Below the pieces are notes generated by a model that saw nothing but the letters and a program-made list of their open reading frames with translations, did no database searches and had not been told where the DNA came from. This document shows positions 21,860 through 36,277 of a stretch of 64,000 bases of DNA, one piece after another. Made by a program: the position numbers and the translations under genes. Where the stretch lies: contig LVLI01000198.1 in NCBI GenBank assembly GCA_001687465.1, positions 1 through 64,000 on the forward strand, in the 5' to 3' direction. The stretch comes from Halocafeteria seosinensis. Its lineage: Eukaryota. Within the stretch, counting starts at the first letter, position 1. The number at the start of each line of letters is the position of its first letter.

Positions 21860-23954
21860 CTACGAATTTCTCCATGTAGGTACCGCCTTACCGGTTCCTC
21901 GTCCCCCAAACGTGAAATCTAGTCCTCGAGAGTCTGCAGCCCTACTTTGCATCATGACGGGTCGCTCATGAGCACTATGTTGACGCGATTCAGCATTTTT
22001 CTCTTCCCTACTGTTACGCTCGCGATTCTTCCATGCAGTAGTTGGTGCACGCGCGCGATTTGGATCAGAATGAACTCTCTTCACCTTGAATAGCCCTGCG
22101 CCTTTGACATACGCTGTGTTATCCACCTGCTCCTCTACTTCAGAGTCGTTATCTTCGACTTCACTGTCGAACTTCTTCAAGATCATGCCTCTCTGGTCTC
22201 TCCTCGGGTCCAGGCTTTGTTCCTGACGGCGATGCGCTTCTTCCTGAGACTCGAGCTTCAGTTTACCCCTGGAGTGAGCGCTGCTAATTTGAGACTGAAT
22301 TCTCGACCGAATGCGCCTGCATAAACATAAACGGAATCAGTCTTGTGCGATGAGCATTGTTGTGGACGCCGCGTCGACATACTCTTTCTGTTCTGGTGTC
22401 AAATCTTCCCGTTCATTGCTCTGGTTATTCAATGTGCCCTCAATCCGTTTGAATTTCTGTTCCTCGGCTTTTTGAGCCGCACGATATTGGGCCAAAGCGG
22501 CTTTCTGAGCAGCACGCCGCCTTGCTTCTTCCTGCTCTTTGGCGATTTCCTTCTTGGTTTTTTCTTCATACTGTTTATGCTCTTCTTCTTGGCGCTGGCG
22601 GGCCTTTTCGGCTTTCCAGCGTGCAACTTCAGCCTTTTGCATGGCCGTTTTGTTCTTGAGTTTGGCTAGTTCCTTGCGACGCTCCTCTTCCTTATTAGAG
22701 GTCACCTCTTCGACTTCTCCCTGTAACTCTTCCTCCTTCTTTCTTCGCTGAACCTGTTTCCATTCATAGATTATGTGACGCTTTTTATCCAACAGAGTGC
22801 AGTATACAAGGAACCAGTCCAAGTGGCGATTGCACTCGTCCAAAGAACGATCAGGAATACGCAGGTGCACCTCCTCCGCAATTTTCTTTCTTTGTTCTTT
22901 CGTTGGTTCAGGAGTTTTCTCGGAGTTGGGATCATTGTCAGAGGAACCATGTAGAGCTTGCATCAGTGAGGGCTGATATTTCTGCACAACCGCAAGGAAC
23001 ACTTCATGCTCATCATCTCTCCAGTTGCCGGTTTCGCCCCCGTTCCTCTGGATTCGTCGGTTCACTTTCTCAACTCGTGACCGAAAGTCGGCTTCCTCAG
23101 TTTCCTCTACCTGTTGAGCTTGTTCATTTCCTTGCTTCAGCGGGGGTCCAACGTTCCCTTGATTAGCAGGAGGTGGCGGTCGAGACGGCTTGGTGGAATG
23201 CTGCTGGGGCAGGGCCTCTCCATTCGTTGCCCGTCGATGTATTAATTCTTCCTCGTCTTCTTCGACTTTGGTATTGAGCTCCCGGAGCTCATTGTTTAAA
23301 GTCTGTTCCTCGTTTGATATCTTGTCGAAGTCTTTCCGTGCTTCATTGCGTACTTTGTCGAGACTTTCCTGCAGTCAAAAAGGAAAAATAATAACAAACC
23401 GAATGACGAAAGCGAAAAATGCACAGTCCAGTATATCCAATTCCAATCCCAATTCCAATACATGTCAGAAAGCTTGCACATCTTCTAAATTCACTTACCG
23501 CAATTCGTTGTAAAGTCTTCTTAACTCGAGGGACATATCCTTCTTCCGCCGCTCGTTCATCGAACACGTACATCTTTAGCGCATAGCAGTCAGCCTGAAG
23601 CAAAGAGGCAGTATTCTCAATACTTAGAAAGGATGAGGTTACGTAAAAAGAGTTAAATGTACGTACTTTAATGCTCTTAAGCTTCTGAAAAAGCTCTCTA
23701 GTGTATCTTTCCCTGGCCGATTCAAGGCTTTTTTGATACTTTTCACATTCAGAGACGATCTGAGGCTCCAATGTGCGCAGACTCCCGCTACTCTGAGAAG
23801 TAGAAGAGCCGCTAGAATAGGGTATTATCCTCGTTAGTTCCTCCATACAACGCCTTTCCTCCTTCCGTAACGACTCCTGGACCTCCAGATACTGCTGCGC
23901 ATTCTCCACATTCCCCTCCTTCCCAGAGTGTCGGTATCCATTGCGCCCCTCCAT
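21860..23954 (-). CDS. CCDC112-like coiled-coil protein, multi-exon
   Basis: GGETGNWRDDEHEVFL and ECNRHLDWFLVYCTLLDKKRHIIYEWK resemble the CCDC112 core, followed by a long E/K/R coiled coil. Confidence 0.6.
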
Positions 23955-24219
23955 GTTAGTGAGTACATGCAGCCAAGAACATAAGACTCACTCTAGGAGA
24001 CGCTTTTACAGCCATAGGCAATCCACAATCGAAATTTCAAACTATGCTGCGCACTCAGACTTCAACTTCAAATGTGCTGGATGAGAAGTCTACAATATAA
24101 CACAAATTGTTACACAATGTATAAGGATATACCATGGGTCTGATTTCTCATGTATACTTTGATTTTTCACACTTTTTCGAGCATGTATACAGGAAGAAAC
24201 TACTAGTTTACCAAACGCT

Positions 24220-25718
<1,499 letters not shown>

Positions 25719-26174
25719 ATTTCCGGAAACGAGGAACCTCGCCAGCACACTGACAAAAAAAAAAAGGGGATATGAAATTCGTCTCGGCGTAACAATGTTA
25801 ATTTATTGAGTTTTAACATGTTGTTGGTTCCAAGGAGCCCGTCCGGGCTTGGTTGAAGTTATCCGGGCTGGAACTGCATGCAACCAGCCAAGCCATTGTT
25901 AATGTATCTGCTGGACATGGGGATGGCGTGACGTCGAAAAATTGATACCAGTACTGGATTTATTGTGGCAGTGGCGTGACAGCAATAGTGAGGGAAAAGA
26001 GGGCGGATTAGAGCTGTATTCCTCCAGTGTCTGTGGACTGAGACTCCTGTTCTGGCCGAAGTAGGAATTTCATTCATTCAGCATGCACATGTTATGAATC
26101 AACTACCTGCTATCCATGTACGTGAAACGGTGGTATATCGCCCGTATTAACACAGAAAGGAAGCGCTTGGTGCA

Positions 26175-28194
26175 ATGAGTGGATGGCTGTACCAACTCAA
26201 ACACCTCGGGGCCGCAGTCATCACGCTAGCCAGTACGTATCACTAGACGCTATACCAGCAGTATTAACAGACAATGAGCTCATTTGAGTGTGTGGTGATA
26301 TATGTTACAGGTTGTGCCATTGGAGCTGGACTGGTGTCGTTACCGTTCGCGTTCCAGCACGCTGGACTTGTGGCGTCGACTGTCGTGCTGCTCTTGACCG
26401 CTGTATTGAACATCGGCTCCCTCTATCTAGTGACATGCGCGGGAGACATGACGAATGCTAAGAGCTACGGGCAGCTGGCTCTTGCGTACGGGCCGAAATG
26501 GAGGGTCGTTATGGAAGGGATTCTAGCGGTTGTACTGTTGGGTGTAACGATATCACTGGTACGTCTCGAAGGGCTCTTGGTTCTATTGTCGGGATTAGTC
26601 GATAGAAAGTTTCTTCTACAGCAAATCATTATTACGGATACTTTCCGTCAAATTATAGATACATTAGCAAACTATTCAGATGGTGAACGAAACCACATTG
26701 CGATTGGCTGCATGGGAGCATTCAACGTGCTAGTAATTATACCGCTGTCTTCTCTACGGAACATTACCTGGTTGAGTGCTAGTGGGTACGTACCGGTCTC
26801 TTTCTTGCTTTCCTGTCAAGGAAATCACGACTATATTTATGGCTGTTTGTCTTTTTTTTTTCCAGTGCGCTATCGGTGGGATCCTTCTTGTACCTGGTAT
26901 TTTGGTTGGTCATCCAAGGAAGTGAGCATGTTGAAAGCGATGACATTTCGAAGCGCTCCCGAACCCACACGGTTGGCTTTGACTTTTGGAGTATTATTGA
27001 TGTAGCTCCGATCATTGTATATTCACTTGGGTAAGTATGACTTTTTGTTTCATCATTTTGAGATGAGTTCGACAGGCAACGATCTGCGTTCGGTGCAGCT
27101 GTCAAGTCCAAGCGGTGGCACTTTATCACGAGTTACCGAAAGAATTCCGACGCCCCCCACGATTTTTAAAACTCGTTTGCGTACCGGCAACTATTTTATG
27201 CTTGATTTTGTACATATCTACGGGATCTCTTGGCATGTTTGCGGTGAACCAGAGTTCCCCGTTGAGTGGCGATATACTATCCGATTTGCCAGTGCATGAT
27301 GCCTCGGCAACGGTCGTTCAATTTGCTGTCGCAATTAGTTTGATTACTGTAAGCCCTGTCATTGTTTGGCCTATACGCGAAAGTATAATGGAAATTATTG
27401 AATCATGTCGTCACCATGACCGCACTGGGCGACACTCGAGTGATTCCGACGATATTCCCGAACCAGCGGACTGCCAACAGGCGAATGACGACGTCGCTTT
27501 AAATGGTTTGGATCATATACAATCTTCGCCTCTTCTGCGGCCATCATATGAGGCGGGTTCGGCTATGGCTGTCACTGCTTCTTTGAGAGACGACCATCCT
27601 ACGGAATTTGTAAAACGGCTACTAAAGGAAAGCATATTGGCTAGAGCGATCCTTTCTACGATCATTGTTGGAATAGCTTTCAGTGTTTCTGTTCTAGTGC
27701 ACAGTGTCACCACCGTGTTTCGTTTTGTGGGGGCAGTTGGAGCAAGTTTTCTTTTCTACGTTTACCCCGCCGGTGTGATTCTGCGAATGCAACACAATGT
27801 GGGTGTAAATCCTGAAGAGCAAGAGCTACTTTCCTCGAAAGCCGATTCTCAAGGTGACGAGAAGGATTCCTTGAACTCCCCTTACCATGGAGAAGACAGT
27901 GACGGGACCGAAGAGGTCTACAATCCGAAATCAACTCCTTACAGCGCTTATTCTGCTACGTCTACACCACAGGCAAACGGAAACGATCAAAACAATCCGG
28001 TAGAGTGCACCGATAATGGTGATAAGAGTATACACGACGTAGGGAACTCCTCGTGGCTTGCTGAAGACGCGCAACGAACTGATGTTGTAAAGCACTTAAG
28101 GTCATATAGTCTGTGTGCTATGAGCATCGCCGTTCTGGTACTTGGCGTAGTTGTTGGCGGCTTGTCTACTTATTCAGTCATCATCACAAGCTGA
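26175..28194 (+). CDS. Amino-acid transporter (AAAP/SLC38-like), multi-exon
   Basis: AIGAGLVSLPFAF, SYGQLA and many TM segments; first exon MSGWLYQLKHLGAAVITLA splices at GTACGT. Confidence 0.85.
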
Positions 28195-28610
28195 AAGTCC
28201 ATTTCGCTGGGAGTGATCCCTGCCGTCGTGACGCAAAGATGAATATGGTATAGTATGCGGCCAATGGAGAGACTGTTGCGGCGTACATGGCAACCCTATG
28301 ATCCATATGTCGACACATCCGATGCGCGCACCTACCGACGGAAGGTCCTGCAAGGTGTCCCACTAGCTATAGTAGAATCTAGTCTCAACAATTGATTCTG
28401 AAAACAACCAACAACCGCAAAGTAACATTCCCTGAACCGTCCTCTATCTACTGCCACCGTCGTCGTTGTGAAGTGAATAGTGTTGTGAAGCCGCGGTGAC
28501 TCCGTGGACCACGGTACTCTCTTGCAATGCATTTCCCGTCGATTTGTTTTAGTGTTACAGTGTTGAATGAGTGTATGGTGTCCCATGCGTTGGAACTGCG
28601 GACACAGAAA

Positions 28611-30245
28611 ATGGATTCTCTGCAGGCCATGTATGGCGATATAAGCGACCAGGAGGATGAGGAGGGCGATCAGTCGCAAGCTCAGGAAGGAAGTGATTTC
28701 GTCGTAGATGATTTAGACGTTGCAGCCGCGAATGCGGAAGCGTCACTGGAAGAGGAGGCGGCACTTTATACCGAAGATGAAAATACAATCGACGTGGACG
28801 AATACGTGGTGAAAGCACCATCGGACGCCCAGCAACACCCCGTGGCTCCCGATCTGTTGGCAGCGGCAGCAGCGGCTGCTCCAGATGAGACCACAACGGA
28901 ACTTAACGAAAGAAATCAGGAGTTAGACGATATACGAAGACAGGTGGAAGCGTACGAACGCAACAGGGAAGAGGAGGAAGAGGACGAAGACAAGGGAAGC
29001 GTGGAATCGTCCTCCTCGTCGAGTGTGGACTTGCACGAAACCAATAATAAGCGTAGCGTCGCTGTCGAAAATGAAGGTGATCATGACCAAGAGGAAGGAG
29101 CGGTAGAAGAAGATGATGATATACAGGAACTTTCGTCCAATGTGAAGGGCCACAAACCGCGCACAAAACATGAAATATTGGTAAGCATTGCTCATAAATT
29201 CAACCTAACTTTTATCTCGGTCATTGGTACATGTGTATGCTTCCACACGCAGCCGGATGAAAGAGAGGAAGAGCCTCTTCAGATTAGCCTGGAAAACATA
29301 AGTGAAGTTGTTCCAATTGGGCACGTGATGAATGTGAACAAGCAAGAGAAAGTAATCTTGGTCGAGGGAATCAAGGACTCCCAAGCGCTAGACGAGGGGT
29401 CCATATTATGTCTCAAAATCGAGAGCCCTGAAACAACTAGTGATATGAGACAATTTTTGCGTGTTCTTGGGGCTATCGATGAGGTGTTCGGCCCTGTTAA
29501 TAACCCGTTCTACATTATCCGCTTGCGCAGAGATCAGCTGGCTTCTGAAAAAAGCCCAGCATCCGCCAAAAAAGGCGATACACGCAATGTTCCATGGGCT
29601 TACGTTCAAGATGTGGAAAGTGCACAACCTATTTATGCGCTTCAGGATTATATGAAGTATGTGGACACTCGGTTTTGCTTGGTGAAAGGTAGTGATGCCT
29701 CAAACATGCATGATGAAGAACCAGCACCCGAAGAAATAGAATATAGTGACGATGAAGAAGAAGCAGAAGCACGTGCTCGTCTGCGAAATATGAAGAAGGG
29801 CAAGCAGTCTGCTGCAGATTTGAATGTCGAGAATGCGGAAGAGGCGATGGGCAATGTCAGCTCATCCAAAAAAGGAAATAGGCGGCACGTTAAACGATCG
29901 CGTAGCAAACATAATGGTGGGTATATGCCAGAAGTCGCAACCTCAAGCGTAGGCCAAGGAACTTATGGGTATCCTTTCTCGGTACCGGAAGGACTGCCTC
30001 AACCCCAACAAGCACAGATGATCCACCAAATGCAGATGCAGATGGCTCAAATGCAAGCACAGATGCATTACCAGCAACAACTCTTACAGTCGAACCAAGG
30101 TGCGAGTGTACCAGTACAGCAATCACTGTCTACCCAAGGCGGCACCAGTGGCAATTATGCGCCGGGAAGTTTTCATCTGTTCGCTAGCCCTCAGCCAAAT
30201 GGCACCAATCAAGGAAACAGTTCAGGAGCGAATAACGGGCAGTAG
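28611..30245 (+). CDS. NAF1: H/ACA RNP assembly factor NAF1
   Basis: Motifs ALDEGSILC, IDEVFGPVNNPFY and KGSDASNMHDEEPAPEEIEYSDDEEE; acidic N-terminus; likely in-frame intron 29181-29252. Confidence 0.9.
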   Translation: MDSLQAMYGDISDQEDEEGDQSQAQEGSDFVVDDLDVAAANAEASLEEEAALYTEDENTIDVDEYVVKAPSDAQQHPVAPDLLAAAAAAAPDETTTELNERNQELDDIRRQVEAYERNREEEEEDEDKGSVESSSSSSVDLHETNNKRSVAVENEGDHDQEEGAVEEDDDIQELSSNVKGHKPRTKHEILVSIAHKFNLTFISVIGTCVCFHTQPDEREEEPLQISLENISEVVPIGHVMNVNKQEKVILVEGIKDSQALDEGSILCLKIESPETTSDMRQFLRVLGAIDEVFGPVNNPFYIIRLRRDQLASEKSPASAKKGDTRNVPWAYVQDVESAQPIYALQDYMKYVDTRFCLVKGSDASNMHDEEPAPEEIEYSDDEEEAEARARLRNMKKGKQSAADLNVENAEEAMGNVSSSKKGNRRHVKRSRSKHNGGYMPEVATSSVGQGTYGYPFSVPEGLPQPQQAQMIHQMQMQMAQMQAQMHYQQQLLQSNQGASVPVQQSLSTQGGTSGNYAPGSFHLFASPQPNGTNQGNSSGANNGQ

Positions 30246-30448
30246 CAAGAATCCGTAAACGCTGTTTTATGATTATAATGTACAAAATTATGCACTGTTT
30301 ACTCCCTATTCTCGTCTAGCAATCGATACCTAAATTGGATGATGGAGCAGCTGCCATTGACATATTGAGCTCTCGTCGCAGTGCCAGTCCTTAGACATTT
30401 GTCTAGCGGAAATCGACGTTTTCTCCATGTGTATGCTGGAACTGTTTC

Positions 30449-30856
30449 TCAAAAGAATGTTTCGTCTTCTGAAGGCTGATTTCTGTTTGCCCTTTGAATC
30501 AAGTATTTGAGCGCTTCCAAGGACCCGTACAGAGTGTTTGTAGGCTGCCAATCTTTCAGATAGGGAACTTTGCTCTTGTTTACTCTTCCACGATTATCAA
30601 CGCAGTCTAGGTTGATCTTGGAGCGGAACTGAATCTCAGGGGGCTTCTGTGGGTATTCATCTCCTGCCACAATTCGTAAGGACCACATCCGAACTTCGCC
30701 TGAATTCGCGGGAGCGACCATGATGGATGCATTCCACGCTGTTAGAAAAGTATCCCCCGGGTCTTCCAGTCCTAGACTAATATCCCCACTGCCTTGGCCT
30801 TTCTCTGCAGCTTCCAGCTCATCCAGCAGCTTGAAATTGCGCGGTGCAGTCGTCAT
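30449..30856 (-). CDS. UEV1: Ubiquitin-conjugating enzyme variant UEV1/MMS2
   Basis: PRNFKLLDELEAAEKG, ISLGL, YPQKPPEIQFRSKINLDCVD and the C-terminal QPSEDETFF. Confidence 0.9.
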   Translation of the reverse strand: MTTAPRNFKLLDELEAAEKGQGSGDISLGLEDPGDTFLTAWNASIMVAPANSGEVRMWSLRIVAGDEYPQKPPEIQFRSKINLDCVDNRGRVNKSKVPYLKDWQPTNTLYGSLEALKYLIQRANRNQPSEDETFF

Positions 30857-31296
30857 TGTCGTCCTTGGAGGCTGTCTGTAATAAACAGAAAAAGTGAAAG
30901 ATCCCCAAGATGTCACGACAGTAAATGAGGGGGAGAAATGCAACAAGGAAGGATCGCAAACGATGAGATAATAAGGACGATTTACTTACCACCTGCTTAC
31001 ACGAGTGCTGCTACTCCTTGTATCAATGCCCTGGATACAGTGATTGTTATAGCGTACTTCGCTCCTGACTTCAAGAAGACAACGAGTCTTCCCGGAATAC
31101 ACTGTGGAGTTGACACTGTGCCGTATACAAGAGTTGTTGAAGTATCAAGAGCATCATACGTATGTATATTATCTAATGCACGAAGTTTGCAGCCTTTCAT
31201 GTATCGTCCATGGCCGTCGTTCGTCTCAACGACACCAAACGACCTAGTCTCATCCCTCATGATTTAAATTTCTTTGCTCTATGTTATTCTTAAAAC

Positions 31297-32209
31297 TTAT
31301 TTACTGGAGCCTTGGTTTGATTGCATTTCTGCGGTCTTTGTGCTGCTATCTCCAAACGAGACGAACGCTAGGCCTCCACCAAGAATCACACTGGCACCGA
31401 CTAATGCCCATGAGGACTGATTGACAGCTTCCACATCATGTCCAATCACGTTGTCCCATACCTGTGTGGAAGCAGCAAGACAAGACTAGCATATGGCCCT
31501 AACAAACGCATGCCTAACCAAACCTAAGGGACTTACCAAGTGACGAATGCCACCTAACCAATGGTACACCAACGGAAATCCAACTCCAAACTTTACCAAC
31601 GGAAGAATGCCTACATTCTTCATTCCTTCGATATAATGTTCAATAGGATGACCAGCTAGAATCATTCCAATAGAAGTTAAGCCAAAACCTGTACACGGAG
31701 ATCACAGGTACATTGCATTGTGCGTGTGTGTGTGCCATCGAGGCTATTTGCTTCCTTAAATGCGCAGTTGTAGATTGGAACCTCATACGTAAACTATGAG
31801 ATTTGGTGCTACATACGTCATTCCGACGGTACGCAACCACCAAAAAAGACCGCCTGCCTCCGAACAGAATGAATCCCTCGGATGCCCCAGCTTGTCTTTA
31901 CCCCATCCGAGACGCCATTCACTCATTAGATAACCGATCTTTCGACATTAAACACTTACTTGCACCGAGGGCAATCCCAGTCGCCCGAAATGTGATGGAG
32001 GTGATCATGTTGATCCCAGGTTTATAGATGGTTAAATGTGGCGATAACGGGCGTGTATACCGAGGTCCACTTTGTGAGGAGGAGAAGCAGGCTATCTGGC
32101 TTCCCGATGCGCCCTTAAGAGCTGTGTGGCCTAGCATCTCCTTCATGAACATCGTATTATACCCCTGTCTGGACAAGGCCAAGTTCGTCATACACTTTCC
32201 AGTCTGCAT
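31297..32209 (-). CDS. SDHC: Succinate dehydrogenase cytochrome b large subunit; exons 32209-31960, 31688-31537, 31461-31297
   Basis: RPLSPHLTIYK, SITFRATG, and YHWLGGIRHL-VWD after splicing. Confidence 0.92.
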
Positions 32210-32530
32210 TTTTCTCGATTTTTCGTCTCCTCCCACAGCGCAAGCAAAGAGGTCGTATAATGAAAGTTATTCTCGTGGGGTATCGTTCCAAAATAGACGT
32301 TGTCAAACGACTCTATACAGTCATACACCAGTGTCATAAGATAGCCCGTGCCATGGCACGGCTGCAAGGGTAAAACCAACAAGAAGGCACGGTTGCTAGG
32401 GGTGCTTGGTCGGGTCCGGGGACGGCTGGAAGTCTGTAGTTGTATCGAGTGCGTGAGGCTTATTATGGCATCATTTGGTGGCTGTGGAGAGAAATATTGG
32501 CTCTGATAAAGAAAAGTGACGATAAACAGA

Positions 32531-33274
32531 ATGTTGTCCCGAATGGCACTTGTCCGGACAAAGGTGGCTTCCACTGCCCCACGTATGTGATGGTGAATCG
32601 TAGTATAAATTTTCCCCCCTATCAACCCCCTTTAAGTTCGTTTTTGTGGTTTTCTAGGGTTCATTGGCCTCCATATGCTTTGGTGTGGTGAATGAACTTA
32701 ACTTGTGCTGAATTTCACGTGAACTATGCAATTGGCTTGCCGATACTGCAGAGCTTGGAAACCGCGGTCGGATTGCCTATATGGCAACTTATACGGATCC
32801 GAATCGATCCCACGTCGCTACGCCCAAACCTACTCCAGAAGAAGCGAATACGCATAGGCCAGATCGTACGTATAGATGCTCCCCTTCACGAAAGCATTTG
32901 GCTGGGTTCATGGATGATACTTGCATTCATCGTTTGGTTTGTCTGCAGCCTTACTTTTCTGGAACAGAGCTTCAACAACGAAGCAGGTCTCACATTTTAC
33001 TTCCTATGCACTAGCAACCGCTATGCCAGCCGCGCTCATAGCCGGCGCCCCCTTAGTCAATGTCATGGACTTTGCCATGGGTGTTATCATTCCGTTACAT
33101 ACCCACATTGGATTACGATCGGTTGTCGTGGATTACGTGTGGTATCCAAAGAAGCAGAGTATGGTTCTTAAAGGTCTTGCTGCATTCACTGTATTAACTG
33201 CGTTTGGCATGACTAAGTTAAACATGACGGATGTGGGTATTACGGGATCCATTAAGAAATTATGGACAATATAA
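32531..33274 (+). CDS. SDHD: Succinate dehydrogenase cytochrome b small subunit (CybS), multi-exon
   Basis: Presequence MLSRMALVRTK; LHTHIGLRSVVVDYV; C-terminal DVGITGSIKKLW. Confidence 0.9.
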
Positions 33275-33541
33275 ACGAGGGAAAGCTCAGCATAGCCTAG
33301 TAGGGCAAACCGTTGTTAATAAAATAGAACAGCCAAGCGTCGGCGTCTCATATGAACAAATTCCTCGTCGCCCACGTACAATCTTAGCACGAAATAATTT
33401 AGCATTGCTCCCAGGTTCAAAGTTGTTGTCCCTTCTAAAGAGACATGTACACGTCAGATTCGTAGCACTACTCCGCTGTCAGCTTGTATTGTCACACTTA
33501 CTAGTCAACTGGTGCGCATCAGCAAGACCAATTAGTGGGCT

Positions 33542-35314
33542 ATGTTGCGCGCGTCTAACTCTGTGCCGCGCGTTCCCAGAGTTTTGCAACATCCCATGAT
33601 GACAGATACATGTCATCCAGCTTCCCCTCGTGCTGCTGCTGTCTGCGGTGGAAAATGGCGTCTCTCGGCTAACGCAGCCAGCGCAACACTGCATACACAC
33701 ACGAATCCGTGGACACCCACATCATGGAAGGAGCTCGGGTATCCTGCGCGGCAACAACCTCCGTATCGTCACCAGGAAGCTGTGGAAAGCGCCGTACAAG
33801 AACGTAAGTGCTGAACGCTTTAGAGTCAGTAGCCACCTTCACAGAGATGTAAGAGCCATATTCACCTAATTGGATGCGTCCGATACAGTCCGACGTAAGC
33901 CCCCACTGGTGTCCGAAGAGTCCATCCAACAGCTAGGGTATGAACTGAAGGAATTAATTTTGGATGAGGACAGCCCGAAAAAGTTCATCATTCAAGCGGG
34001 TGACTGCGCCGAACCAATGCAAGATTGTTACGACCACGACACGATGGCGGAGAAAATAGAGTTCCTACACGAATTAGGTGACATCGTGGAACGTAAATCG
34101 AAGGACATGGGTGCCCATATCACCCCAATACTCATTGGCCGCATCGCCGGTCAGTTTGCGAAGTCTCGCTCCAACGAATATGATTCTCTCGAAGATGGAA
34201 GTAAGTCGCGCTGTTGAAGTAGAAACGCCCAGTGTTGAAAATTTTGCGTTATTTTTTATGCCTAATTGGATTATCTAATGGTGAATGATCCCTATGCAGC
34301 CCGAGTTGTCTCTTATCGAGGGGACAGTGTAAACGATATCGAGCCCACTAGTACAGCGAGGGACCCTGACCCACAGAAGCTGGTTGACGCATATAGTGCA
34401 TCCAATTGTACGTCCTCTTGTTTTAGCATCTTTAAGTATAGCGACAGCGATCCTCTGGTTCATCCTCAATCTTGTCTTACCAGCGGCCCTGGGGTGCATT
34501 TCTCGCGGGCTCCACAGCAGACGAAGGCCCGTCTATACTTCTCATGAAGTAAGAACTAACATTGGTGCCAGTGGCAGTACGGCCGCTCACTCTTTTTTGC
34601 TACAGGGTCTATTACTAGATTTTGAATCTGCGCTTACGTCGACGAATGGAATGAATCACTCGACTCACTTTCCCTGGATAGGTATGCATCTACGCTGCTG
34701 GCCACTCCACACCACACACACCCCGAGTTTCTTTACATTTTGGGCATATGTTTCGTACAGGTGCAAGGACTCGTTTCCTTGGAGAAGCACATATAGAATA
34801 CTTCCGTGGTGTTCAAAATCCGTTTGGTATAAAAGTGGGACCTGAGCATAGTCATACACATCTAGTTCGGTTTCTTCATACACTAATGATAAGGGGGTCG
34901 CGGGAGAGTCCTATCGCTTTAATCACCCGTTTTGGTTGCTACGAAGTGAAGAATTGCTTACCACCCCTACTAAGGGAATTGCAGAAGTATAGGTTAGATA
35001 AGAGGGTTATATGGATATGTGACCCTATGCATGGAAACACATACACCGACAAAACAGATCTGTATAAGAGGCGATCATTCGATGCTGTGTGGTCAGAGTT
35101 CGAACAGACGGTGGAAGTGCACCGACAACATGGTAGCAAGTTATCCGGGCTACATATCGAAGCTACTTCGGAGGATGTCCATGAATGTGTAGGTGGAGAA
35201 GAAACGAATGATCATGAAGGTTATTATGGAAGTAGATGCGATCCCCGTTTCAATCGGAAGCAAGCTACCCACTTTGTAGAGAAAGCAATTTATTTTCTTT
35301 TGAAGCAATCCTAA
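33542..35314 (+). CDS. Type II DAHP synthase (short form), multi-exon
   Basis: Motifs ARQQPPY, QAGDCAE, GRIAGQFAKSRS, SYRGDSVN, YTSHE, WIGARTR, GIKVGP, CDPMHGNT and CDPRFN. Confidence 0.93.
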
Positions 35315-36277
35315 GAGCGCTCACGTTCGGCGAAGCAGGCGAAGAAAGTTTTAAGAAGGGAGGATTGAGGCTATATGGACAAAAACAGCAGTTGGCTTGT
35401 AGCGCAGTGTATACCATAGGTTCTCATTGAGTGGGGATCGTCGTACAATGCAACCCACCATATAAATCGACTGAGTTTCGAAGCGTTCTACCGGTATTAG
35501 TACCCTCGGTGGGGTGCACCGTCATTGGCTGCGCTGGGCTCTGAGCGAAGTCAATGCAAGCATAGACCCCAAATCAAATGAAATGCAACGTTCTTCCTGT
35601 ATTGCTGTCTCATACGATAGATAGGACTATGAGTTGGTGCTATGCTACGCCCACGCTGAGTTTGGAACATTCTGTAGTCAAACAACGAATCCGTTTCCAT
35701 TCAGTTACCACACCCACCCCACGTTTAGGTGATTTTTGGGAGCTACAGAGATGGACACGTCCTGGTACACAGAGGTATCCCGATATGTAGAGAGCAGCTC
35801 CAAGCTCTAACAGTCAATTGGGGGAAGCAGTTTCGAACAAGTAGGATCATCGGAGTAATCCTGAACAGAACATGGAATTGGTTTCCTGTGTGCGGACGTA
35901 CATCGACTGTACATCAAATCACCTACATGTATACAGTATGCTGGTCGTCACCATCGTTCTTGAATACCACATCGTGTTAGCAAACTCCATCTTCACAGGC
36001 AGTCATAATGTAATTTTCTGCTGGGATTGTTTACTCTGGCGTGGATTTTCCAGCATGATATGCTAGTAAAATGAGTTACGCTTGGAATGGCACCTCCAAT
36101 TCGAGGCTATCCACATTCCAGGACCTCTCTAGACGTTTAGAATCTCATGGGCTACCAGCTCAACAGCGCCCGACGGAGCTCTATCGTTGTCTAGATCAGT
36201 GCATCGTACGTGAAGGTCGAGACTCGAGTGCTTCCATCCACTAGGTGCGCGATTATGGAATCTTCCCTGTGTATATC

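Noticed and set aside
25735..25765. Iron-responsive element (CAGUGU) in the SDHB 5' UTR
   Set aside because: The hexamer is present but its flanks do not form the required 5-bp stem with a bulged C.
30997..31260. Short intergenic ORFs here and at 9.3-10 kb, 35.3-36.2 kb, 37-38 kb and 56-56.5 kb
   Set aside because: No motifs, splice logic or coding pattern support them.
32583..32751. Third oversized SDH intron (SDHD)
   Set aside because: It can be split into 75- and 64-nt introns around an in-frame 30-nt microexon (32658-32687).
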